From Parvularia atlantis (lineage: Eukaryota): DNA of 43,189 nucleotides. The stretch covers positions 1-43,189 of the forward strand of contig CALSCO010001072.1 in the NCBI GenBank assembly GCA_943704415.1. The letters run 5' to 3'. The first letter of the stretch is position 1. Each line of letters begins with the position of its first letter. Below are positions 30,312 to 40,900 of the stretch, piece by piece. The notes under the pieces were generated by a model. It saw only the letters and a program-made list of their open reading frames with translations. It did not search any database and was not told the origin of the DNA. A program made the position numbers and the translations under genes.

Positions 30312-33300
30312 CTAAATGCTCTGCGCGGCCTTGGCCGACGGTGCGGCTGCGGCGTCCTTGGCCGTCTCAAACTCGTCCGTGCGCGCGTACGTGTTCTTGA
30401 TGTGGAGCATCTTGTTGATGGCCTCTTGAATGGGGACTGCGTGCGTGCGTGCGCTCCGCTGTGAGCGATGCGCAGCGCCGTGCAGGCAGACGCACAGGTG
30501 CCGTGGACCTGGTTGTCGCGCGTGCGCACGTTGACCGTCTTGTCCGTGAGCTCCTTCTCGCCGACGACTGGCCACCGCGCCTCAGCGCAACAGCAGCGAG
30601 GCGTGCAAGCGTGCGCGCGCACCGAGGATGAAGTTGTAGTAGGCGACCTGCGCGTTGCGGACCTTCTTGTTGAGCGTATCGCTGCCGTCGTCGACGTCGG
30701 CGTAGAAGCCCGCGTCGTGGAACTGCTGGCGGACCTCTTGCGCGTAGGCGAAGAACGCGGGCGCGACGGGCACGACGCAGACCTGGCGCGGCGACAGCCA
30801 CAGCGGCCTGCAGCGCGCGCGGGGGGTCAAGTGCGCGGACGACAGAAGGGCAGTGCGGCGGCCGGCGCGCACCACTTGGCGGCGTAGTTCTCCGTCAGCA
30901 CGGCGATCATGCGCTCGACCGAACCGAGGATGGCGCGATGAATCATGACGGGGCGCGCCTCATTGCCCTCGGGCCTGTCGCGCAGGATGAGCGGCACGTT
31001 GCTGGTCAAGCGGCGTTGTGAACGCACGTCTGGTACTTGAGGTCGAAGCGCTGCGGCAGCTGGAAGTCTAGCTGGATCGTGGCGCACTGGTGGCGGCGGC
31101 GCATCGCGTCCTGGATCTGGATGTCGATCTGGCCGGCGCGGCGTCAGCACAGGCGGCGGCGGGCAGACGACGCGGCGTGCCTTGGGGCCGTAAAACGCGC
31201 CGTCGCCCGGGTTGAGCTTCCAGTCAAAGCCAGACTCGTTGAGCGCGCTCTTGAGCTGGTCCTCGGCCTTGTTCCACGTCTCAATCTCGCCGAGGAACCT
31301 TGCGAGCGCGGTGAGCGCTGGCAGCGCAACGCCGCTGCGCCCGCACGCACTTGTCTGGCCTCGTCGACAGCGCCATCGTCAGGTTGAAGCCGAGGATGCT
31401 GTAGACCTGCTTGAGGAAGTCGAGCGCGTTGCGGATCTCGTTGCCGACCTGCACCCGCCGTCTCAGACACAAGCACGGCACCAGCGGCACACACACACAA
31501 ACACGCGCGCGCGCGCCGCACCTGGTCGGGCGTGCAGAAGATGTGCGCGTCGTCTTGCTGGAAGCGCCGCACGCGCGTCAGCCCCGTGAGCGCGCCCGAG
31601 AACTCGTTGCGGTGGAGCACGCCAAAGTCGGCCATGCGCAGCGGCAGCTCGCGGTGCGAGCGCGGGCGCGTGTCGAACATGATGCAGTGACCGGGGCAGT
31701 TCATCGGCTTGAGCGCAAACTTCTCCTTCTCGATGTCGAAGCTGAACATGTTTTCCTGCACGTTGCGCGCGCGCGCGCATGAGTGCAGGCGGGCCGATGC
31801 ACGGCAGCGCGTGCCTGGTAGTTTTGCCAGTGGCCCGAGCGCTCCCACAGCTTCGTGTTGTACATGTTCGGCGAGATGACCTCGGTGAAGCCGCGCTGCC
31901 AGTAGTGACTCTGCGGGCGGAGCGGGGCGTGAGGCGGGCGCGCGAGGGGCCGCGGCAGCTCACGCACGCGCATGAAGTTGACGAGCGTGTTGTAGATGCG
32001 CGTGCCGTGCGGCAGGAAGAAGCAGCTACCCGGGCTGAGCTCGTGGAAGAAGAACAGCTCGTGTTGCTGTGTGCACGCAGCCCGTGAGACGTTGGTGCGT
32101 GCAGCCGCGTGGGGGCACGCACACGGCCGAGGATGCGGTGGTCGCGCTTGGCGGCCTCCTCGCGGAACTGCTCCCACTCCTTGAGCAGCTTGGCGTCGGG
32201 GAACGAGATGCCGTAGACGCGCGTGAGCTGCTCGTTGTTGGCGTTGCCGAGCCAGTACGCCATCGAGTGCTGCGGGTGCCGGTCAGCGCGCGCGGCATGA
32301 CCGGCACAGCGTGCGCGTCACAGCGTGCGCACCTTGTAGACCGAGAACGCCTTTACGCGCGACGTGTTCGGGATGTGCGGGCCGAGGCACAGGTCGATCA
32401 GCGGGCCGCAGCGGTAGACCGTGGACGAGCCGCCGTCAGGGATCTTCTCGCGGATGAAGTACGTCTTGAGGTCGTTGTACTGCGCGGCGAGCGCGGTGAG
32501 CGGGCGCATCGCATCAGCGGCAGAACGGCGAAAGCGCACCTTGAACATCTCGAGCAGCTGCTCCTTGGTCATGACGAGGCGCTCAAAGTTCTGCTTCTCG
32601 CCCGCGATCTTGTTGGCGACGGCGACGAGCTTGGGCATGTGTTCGTCCGAGAAGACCTGGCTGCTGTGTACACGTGGTTGAGACGGGCGATCGGCAGCAC
32701 GGAGGGGCGGCGCACCTGGGCAGGCGCATGTCGTAGAAGAAGCCGTCGTCCGTGGGCGGGCCGTGCTCGAGGTGGCAGCCGTAGCAGCGCTCGCAGGCCT
32801 CGCCGAGCATGTGCGCGGACGAGTGCCAGAAGACCATCTGGGCTGCGACCGTGGCGCGCACGTGGGCGACGTGGCGCAAGCTGATCGGGAGGGCGCCTCG
32901 CGCACCCTCCGCATCGTCAAAGTCGAGCAGCTCGAGGCGCGCGTCGCCCTCGAGCGGGCGGTTGAGGTCCCACAGGACCGCGTCGACCTTGGCCACGACG
33001 ACCTTGCCGGCGAGCGACTTGCTGATGCCCTCGGCGATCTGCAGCGGCGTCGTCTCGTGCGCCTTGCCGGCGATGGTCTTGCCGTCGCGCAGCGTGACCG
33101 TGATCGGCTTATGCTCGAGGGCTGTGTCGCGAGCGGGAATGGCGCCACGTCGCACGTGTCAGCGGCGGGATGGCGCCACACGCGACGTGGGGACGGCGCC
33201 GCACCGGCCACGCGCGCCTCGTGCTCGCGCTTGAGCGCGTCAAACATCGCCGCGCGGTGCTCGATGAAGGCGGGCGGCGGGCTCAGCTGCGTTCGTGTCG

Positions 33301-33502
33301 CGCGTCGTCAGCCGCCTTTCGACAACGAGAAAAAACGCGCCTCGGCGGCGCCAGACGACGCGTCGCCGCCCTTCTTCTTCTTGTCCTTCTTGGCCTGCGG
33401 TGCACCGTGAGACGTGAGCGGCAGAGGGAGCGGGGAGATGGCGCGCACCTCGTCGTCCTGCGCGGGCGGCGCCTGCTGCGGTGGCGGCGCGGCGCTCGAC
33501 AT
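30312..33502 (-). CDS. TARS1: Cytosolic threonyl-tRNA synthetase (15 introns, 3 of them GC-AG)
   Basis: TGS domain ([11 protein letters not shown]), [80 protein letters not shown] and [15 protein letters not shown]. Confidence 0.98.
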
Positions 33503-33658
33503 TTCTCGCTCACTGAAAAAAAAGATCGAAAAGTGACGAGTTGCACAACCGCAGGCAAGTCGTATGGCGGGGGGTGTCATGGCTTCATTAAGAGAAGCGG
33601 ATTTATCTAAGAGAAGCGGATTTATCTTTTTCTTTTTTCTTTTTTTTTCATTTGGCGG

Positions 33659-36600
33659 ATGGGCGACGACGCTGGCGACGGCGCCGCGCACGACGCGCCG
33701 TCGGCGTCGGCGGAGGCGACGTACGACCCGCTGCTGTTCGACTTTCTCGAGGCGGATCCGAAGCTGCTGGCGGTGCGTGCGGCGCGCAGCGAGCGAGAGT
33801 TGGCTGACGTTTGGCTGCGGCGCCACACGCGCGCCACACAGACGCAGATGGCGCTGGTCGACTTTGGGCTGTTTGCGCGGATCCAACGCGCCGAGTTGGC
33901 CTCGCTCGCCTGGACGCGCCCCGACCGCCTCGAGCGCGCGCCCAACGTCGTCGCCTTCACCCTGCGCTTCAACAACGTGCGTGGCCTGTGCTGCTGCTTG
34001 TTCGTTGTCGTGGTGCATGGGCTTGGTGCTTCTCGTTGTTCTCGTCGTTCTCGTTGTTGTGCTTCTCGTCGTTCTTGTCGTTCTGCTTCTCGTTGTTCTC
34101 GTCGTTATGCTTCGCTCGCTCGCACACACACGCTCGCTCGCACGCTCGCTCGCACACATACGCTCGTCGCACTGCCGCTCACAAAGCGCGCACCAGATGA
34201 CGCTCTGGACGAGCCACGAGATCCTCCAGTCGACCAACATCCGCCGCCGCGCAGACAAGATCGCGCACTTTATCCAGGTCGCCAAGGCACGCGTGCCGGC
34301 GATGCCTGCCGACATCGCACGCAGGCGCGGGTGCTCACGGCCGGCGCAGGCGTGCCTCGACATCAACAACTTCTACGGGCTCAAGAGCATCCTCGCGGGC
34401 CTCCAGAGCACGCCCGTGCATCGCCTGAGCAAGACGTGGGCGGTGCGCGTATGCGCGCCTCACCTCACCGCGCTGCGATCGCGCTGACCGCTGCCGCACC
34501 CCGCAGCTGCTCGGCCGCCGCGACAAGGCCACGTTCGACAAGCTGTGCGAGGTCATGAGCTCCGAGAACAACTCGGAAAAGTATCGCAGGCGCCTCGCCT
34601 CGTCCAAGCCGCCGTGCATCCCCTTCCTCGGCCTGCACCTGAGTGACCTCACGTTCCTGCACGAGGCCGCGCGGTCCGGTGCGGGCGCCGACAAGGTCGA
34701 CCGGGAGCAGCAGGTGCGCGCACGCGCACAACGCGTATGTTGCGATCGCTCAGCACGCGCGCCGCGGCAGGTCAGCGAGATGCTCGACTACATCGCCTCG
34801 CTGCAGTACGTGCCCTACACCTACAAGGCCATCGGCGGCGTGGCCGAGTTCTTGTCCACGCACAAGTTCATCGCCGAGCTGCAGCCGTTCTACGAGGAGG
34901 AGAACTACCGCGTGTCGCTCCTGCTCGAGCCCAAGGAGCTGCCCAAGGACACGGCCGGGCGCGACCTCGCGAGCAGCAGCAGCACGTCGATCCTCTCAAG
35001 CCACGCGCCCGCGCTCGGCCAGATGCAGGCCTCAGCACCCTCATCCTCGGCGGCCCTGCCCTGGCCCCTCTCGATGGTGGCGCCGCGCATCGCCGGGCCC
35101 GGCGCGGGCGAGGGCTTTCCCGGCGACCGCTCGCCCGAGAACCACTCCGTGGGCTCGCCCGAGCCCGAGCCGTCGCCGCCAGACGACCAGCAGCAGCGCG
35201 CCGCGCCGACGCAGTCACCCCTGGCCGATCGGCGGCGCCTGTCGCCGAGCACAATCCAGACGCGCAAAACATCGGTGGGGCGGACGATTTCGCTGCCATC
35301 GCCGACGTCGCCGAGCGACGCGTCCCGCGACTCGCGCGCGATCACCACGGACGACCTGCCGCTCAAGAAGCCCGTGTCGGCGTCCGACTCGCAGATCCTC
35401 GTGCCCGTTGTGCTGCACTCGGCCGACACGCCCGTGCTCGGGCCGAGCGCGGCCGCGCCCCCGCCACACTTTCAGCCGCTGTCTGCACCGATGTCGAGCG
35501 CCGACGCCGCCCTGGCCAAGAGCCGCATGCGCTCGCGCGGGCTCAACATCTTCACGGGGCCGACGTCGCTCAGCACGCTCGGCCTGGGCGGGCCGGGCTC
35601 GGGCGCGCCGCCGACCGACTCGTCGACGGCGGCCACGGCGGGCTCGACGCCGACGGCGGGTTCGGCCTCGATTTCGTCGTCGTCCTCATCGAGCGCAACG
35701 GCGGGCGCGAGCAGCGTGCCGCCGAGCACGGCGACGTCGTCGTCCACGGCCAGCACGTCGACGGCGGCCCGTGCGAACGACTACATCGTCAAGCGCTCCA
35801 GCTGGGGCTTCATGCGCAAGGACAAAGACGGGGACCTCTCGGCCGCGACGACGCCGCTGACGGGCGGGGCCCCGAACGTGTCCATGTCGCCGGCGACGCA
35901 GTTGCAGCCCAAGCGACCCCACCGACGCATGGTATGGGCTTGTGGCAGCGCACGCGGGCGCGCGCACGTTGCTCACTGCCTGGCGCTGGTCGGCGCGCAG
36001 ATCTCACTCATCGACGACTCGATCATCGACGATATGCGCGACAGCAGCACGCCGAGGTGGCGCATGCAAGTGCCGTTGACGCGGGCTGACGCGTGCATGC
36101 CGCAGCGTGCGCACCGACCTGGTCGTGCCCACGCTCTCGCCGCCAAACGACAACGACTCGGACATGGAAGACAATTTGTCGGACGACGACGACGACACTG
36201 CGAGCTCGTCGTGCGTCGCTCCCCGCATGCTTTGCGGCCGCTGAGTGCATGTTCGCGTCAGGTACAACGACGGCGTCTTCCTGCGCACGAGTGACTTTAC
36301 CAAGATCCAGGGCAAGCTCACACGCAAAGACATCACCGAAAATTCCAAGTGCGCCCGCGTCCTGCGCGCTCGCATGCAGCCCGGCTCACGCACGGCTGCG
36401 CCCTAGACGTGCCCGCGTGCGCAGCTGGCGCCCGGTGTGGGCTGTGCTGCAGCCGCCGTACCTGCTCTTCTTCCGCGAGAAGCCCAAGCCCGGGCGGATG
36501 GTGCGCGCGCAGATGCTGCTTTGCGTGCCTCTCTCATGCCCCGTGCGCCACACGAGCAGAAGCCCAAGTCGTTTGTGACCGTGACCGAACAGAGCTTTGT

Positions 36601-36874
36601 GCACGCGGCTCACGATTACCGCAAGCGCAAGTGGGTCTTCCGCCTGATCCCGTCGGACGTGCGTGGTCGCGCGCTGGGAGCTGTGTCCTCAACCGGCGCG
36701 TCCGCGCAGGGCAACGAGCTGCTGTTTGACGCCGCCGACGAGCTCTGGCTGAACGACTGGATCGCGCAGTTGAGTGCGACCATCGCCGAGGCACGCGAGC
36801 GCGCGCTTGACCGGCTGCGAGACGCTGACTCTGGCGCGGTCCGCAGGCACGCCAACGTCGCGACGACATCATGA
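33659..36874 (+). CDS. RALGPS: RalGPS-like GEF: N-terminal CDC25 RasGEF domain (no REM), Ser/Pro-rich linker, C-terminal PH domain (~12 introns)
   Basis: RasGEF motifs APNVVAFTLRFNN, HFIQVAK, NNFYGLKSILAGLQSTPVHRLSKTW and PPCIPFLGLHLSDLTFL. PH motifs QGKLTRK..RSWRPVWAVL..LLFF..DYRKRKWVFRL..GNELLFDA..WIAQL. Confidence 0.82.
34030..34168. repeat. (TTCTCGTYG)n and (CGCT/CA)n satellite inside an expanded 220-nt intron (33977-34196)
   Basis: Read directly. Intron boundaries are AAC|GTGCGT and CTCAC..CAG|ATG, keeping RFNN-MTLW in frame. Confidence 0.85.
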
Positions 36875-36958
36875 TCTCGACCGAGGCCATCTGATGCATT
36901 TGCTCCGCATCCGCCGCATGCCATTTGTACAACAACAAAAGAGACAAGCAACGGCACC

Positions 36959-37831
36959 TCACGCCTCGGCGCGCCCGGGCGGCGGCTCGAGCGCCAGCCG
37001 CTCGGGGATCACGTGCGCCAGCACGCCTTCGAGGATGAACGCCGTCAGCCCCCACACCTCCACGGGCCCGCCCAGAAACGCGTTGTGCATGAACGTGGTC
37101 TCGCGGAAGCGGCGCTGCTTGCGCAGCGTCGGGTCGCGCAGCTGGCGCACGGTGAGCGCAAACACGGCCGCGACCTGGCGTGACGACGATCAGTGAGCGC
37201 GTTATCCGCAGACCAGGCGACGGCTCAGACCTCGCCGTCGTTGAAGCGGATCATCGCCGGGTCGACATCGCCCAGGAAGCCGACGACGGGCGTGACCTTC
37301 ATCGTGTTGCTCTTGTTGGGCAGGGGCGCGAACGTGCCGAGGACGTCGATCTGCTCGGGCTCGATCGCGATCTCCTCAAATGTCTCGCGCAGTGCCGTCT
37401 GCACCACGTCGAGGTCGCGCGGGTCCTGCTTGCCACCGGGGAAGCTGGTGCGCACAGCACAATCAGCCGCAGTAGGCCACGAGAGCGGTGACGGAGACGA
37501 CGGCGCGCACCTGACCTCGCCGTTGTGCTCGCGCAGCGCGTCGCTCCGCACGGTGAACAGAACGGCAGCCTCGCCGCGCAGGTTGACGAGCGGGACAAGC
37601 ACGCCTGCGCGATCAATCAGGGGGCAGATGCGACAGCAGTGCTGTGCACGCCGCGCACCGGCCTCGCGTGTCGCTGGGCGGTCGGCGCGCCACTCGAACG
37701 CGACGGCCTTTGGCTGCGTGTCCCACGTGCGCGATCAGCATCGGCATCGGCCGCACCACCAAGCCCGCATACGCGCACCGGCAGATCGCGCAGCCGCGCA
37801 CGCATCGTCGCCAGATCTGCCGGCGCAAACG

Positions 37832-37870
<39 letters not shown>

Positions 37871-37934
37871 ACAACGACGCCGTGGACGAGGACGACGACA
37901 GCGCCCGCAGCACGCCGGGCCGCCTCAGCAGCAT
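36959..37934 (-). CDS. NUDT8: Nudix CoA diphosphatase, NUDT8/PCD1-like, with a putative mitochondrial presequence (4 introns)
   Basis: N-terminus MLLRRPGVLRALSS. Motifs AGVLVPL, LFTVRSDALREHNGEVSFPGGKQD..TALRETFEEI, NDGEVAAVF and VWGLTAFIL. Confidence 0.85.
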
Positions 37935-37952
37935 TCCTCGACGTTCGAAATA

Positions 37953-40900
37953 ATGACACAATGCCATGTTGGGATGCTCCTGATCGCCAATCGTGGCGAA
38001 ATCGCGCTGCGAGTGGCGCGGGCGGCGCGCGAGCTTGGCTTGGGCGTGGCGGCCGTGGCGGCGCCGGACGACCTCGCGTCGGCACACGTGCGCACGGCGG
38101 ATGTACTGATCGTGGTGCGTGCGTGCTGCGATGGACCCGAATCGCGCCTGATGCCGGGATGTCCAGCTTGAGCCACGTCGGAAGGGCCAGCCGGGCATCG
38201 AGCTGTACCTCGACGCCGAGCGCCTCGTCGACGCAGCGCGGCGTGCGGGCGCGACAATGGTGCATCCGGGCTACGGCTTTCTGTCGGAGGACGCGGCGTT
38301 CGCGGCGCACTGTGCCGACGCCGGTCTCGTCTTTGTCGGTGTGGCGCTCGTTGACGGTGACGCGCAGATGGCGCCAGACTCACGCCGGTCACGCGCCAGG
38401 CCCGGCGCCGGACGCGCTCGCGCTGTTTGGTGACAAGATCGCGGCGCGGCGGCTCGCGCAGTCGGTCGGCGTGCCCGTCGCGGCCGGCTCTGAGGGCCAC
38501 GCGACGCTCGACGACGTGCGACGCTTTGTCGCGCGGCACGGCCTGCCCGTCATGCTCAAGGCGAGCCACGGCGGCGGCGGCCGCGGCATGCGCGTGCTGC
38601 GGGACGCCGCGCAGCTCGAGCCGCTCTATCTCGCGTGCGTGTGCGCACCTTAGCAGGCGCCCGCCTCACTCAGCGCGTGAAACGCAGATGCGTATCGGAG
38701 GCGTCGACGGCGTTCGGCAAGGGCACCGTCTTTGTCGAGCAGTACATCGAGCGCGCGCGGCACATCGAGGTGCAGGTGCTCGGCGACCGCTTCGGGCACC
38801 TCGTCGCGCTCGGCGACCGCGACTGCAGCGTGCAGCGCCGGCACCAGAAGGTGGTCGAGTTTGCGCCGTGCGATCATCTGCCTGCTGCGCTGCGCCAGGA
38901 GCTCGCGAGCCATGCGCTGCGTCTCTGTGCTGCGGTAGCGTCTCGCCAGAGCGCCTGAGTGTGCATCGTCTGACGCGCGGGCGCGCTCACACGCAGGCGC
39001 ACCTGTCGTGCCTCGCGACGGTCGAGTTCCTCGTGCCACTGGACGACCCAGGGCGCACCGTGTTTCTCGAGGTCAACCCGCGCATCCAGGTCGAGCACCC
39101 AGTCACGGAGGAGGTGCTGGCCGTCGATCTCGTGGCGGCGCAGCTGCGGGTGGCGCAAGGCGCGCGGCTGAGCGACCTGGCCGCGCCCATGCCGTCGCTG
39201 CTCGCGCGCTTCCCGACGTGGAAGGTGCGACGCGGCCGCATGCTCGACACTCGCTGACGTGCCGACGGCGCAGGACGGCACTGTGAGCCCCGGCGGCGAC
39301 TGGACGGCGCCCGGGCAGACGTCAATCCAGCTGCGCGTGACGCTTGAGCCGCACACCGGCAGCGCCAACACAGTCACATACTACCGCGAGCCCAGCGGCC
39401 CGGGCGTGCGCGTGGACTCTGCGATGTACCTCGGTGCGCGCTCGGTGCACAGGCGCGCGCGTATGGAGCGGGTGACATGATGGCGCGTAGGGAGCGCCGT
39501 CAACACCAACTACGACCCGCTGCTGGCCAAGGTCATTGTGCGCGCGAGCGGCTTTGAGGCCGCGCGCCGCAAGGCCCTCGGCGCGCTGGCCGAGCTCGCG
39601 ATCGGAGGCGTGCTCGCGAGTGCGTGCCGTCGCGCGACGGCTCAAGGCGTGGCTGACGCGTTGCAGACTCGGCGCTGCTGCGGCGCGTGCTGCTCGCGCG
39701 CGAATTTTCGGGGCAGACATTTGCGACGGCGCTGCTCGAGAGCTGGCTGGCACAGCCCGAGGCAGCAGTCACTGCGGCGCCTGCGTGGGACGACGTGGCG
39801 GTGCGTGTCTGCTGCTGACGTCTGCATGCGCTCACCAAGCCGCACCAGGTGGCGCAGCGTGTGCTCGACGCGGCGTTCGCCGGCTCGGCAGGACCCGTAG
39901 ACATTAGCTGGGCCACCGCGGACGGGTCGCAGCGGTGCGTCGCGGCGACAACAACACGTTGAGAATTTGACTATTGCGTGGAGCAGCGGCAACATCGCCG
40001 ACGCTGCGCCGCTGCAGCGCGTGCTGCGCGACCAGCTGCAGCCGACTGGACGCGGTGCTGGCCCCGTGACGGTGGTGGGACCAGGTGGTCGTCTGGCGCT
40101 GGAGCTGCTCGACTTGCTGCCGGGCACCGGCACGGTGTGTGCGCACGCGCATGCATTCGGCTGCGCGGCTCACATTCATGCAGGTGCTGGCGCTCGTCAA
40201 CAACACGCTCGCGATGCTGCACGTGCACGCGCGCACAGTCGCTCAGATCGCCGGACAGGCGGCGCCTACGAAAGGGCTTCTGGCCGCTGACCAGCCGGGG
40301 CTCGTGCGGTCGCCCTCGGCTGCGATCGTCGTGCGGCTGCTACTGCCATCGGCCGGCGTGGCCGTGTGCGTGCATGAGCCGGTGCTCGTGCTGAGCATCA
40401 TGAAGATGGAGCATGTGCGTCCATGAGCTGGGCCCGTGCGTGACGACTGACGTGCCTTGCACGGCTCACAGACGGTCAGTGCACCGATCGCGGGCCAGCT
40501 GGCGACGGTCGGTGTGCGCGAGGGTGAGGCTGTGGCGCGCGGTCAGGTGCTCTTTGAGATCGCCACTTCTGCCGCGCAAACCGCGCAGGCGTCATCGCGA
40601 CCGGCCAGTGCAGCCGGTGCGCTCTTCTGCGCGCGCGCGCGCACACCCGCTCACACGGGGTCCGCACAGCAATCGCTCGCGTGCACGCGCTGCGCGAACA
40701 GCTCGCGCCATTGTGGCGCGCCAAGCTCACGAGGCAGCCCGACGCGGCGTGGCAGCAGGTGCGGAGAGCACGCACGCCAGGGGACGCGGCCTGCCGCACT
40801 GACCGGTGCACTAGGACGTTGAGGAACTCACGAGCGTGTTGAAGCTAAGCGAGCAGTCGACGCTGCCGGGCATCGAGCGGCAGCTTGCGCAGGGCAAGCT

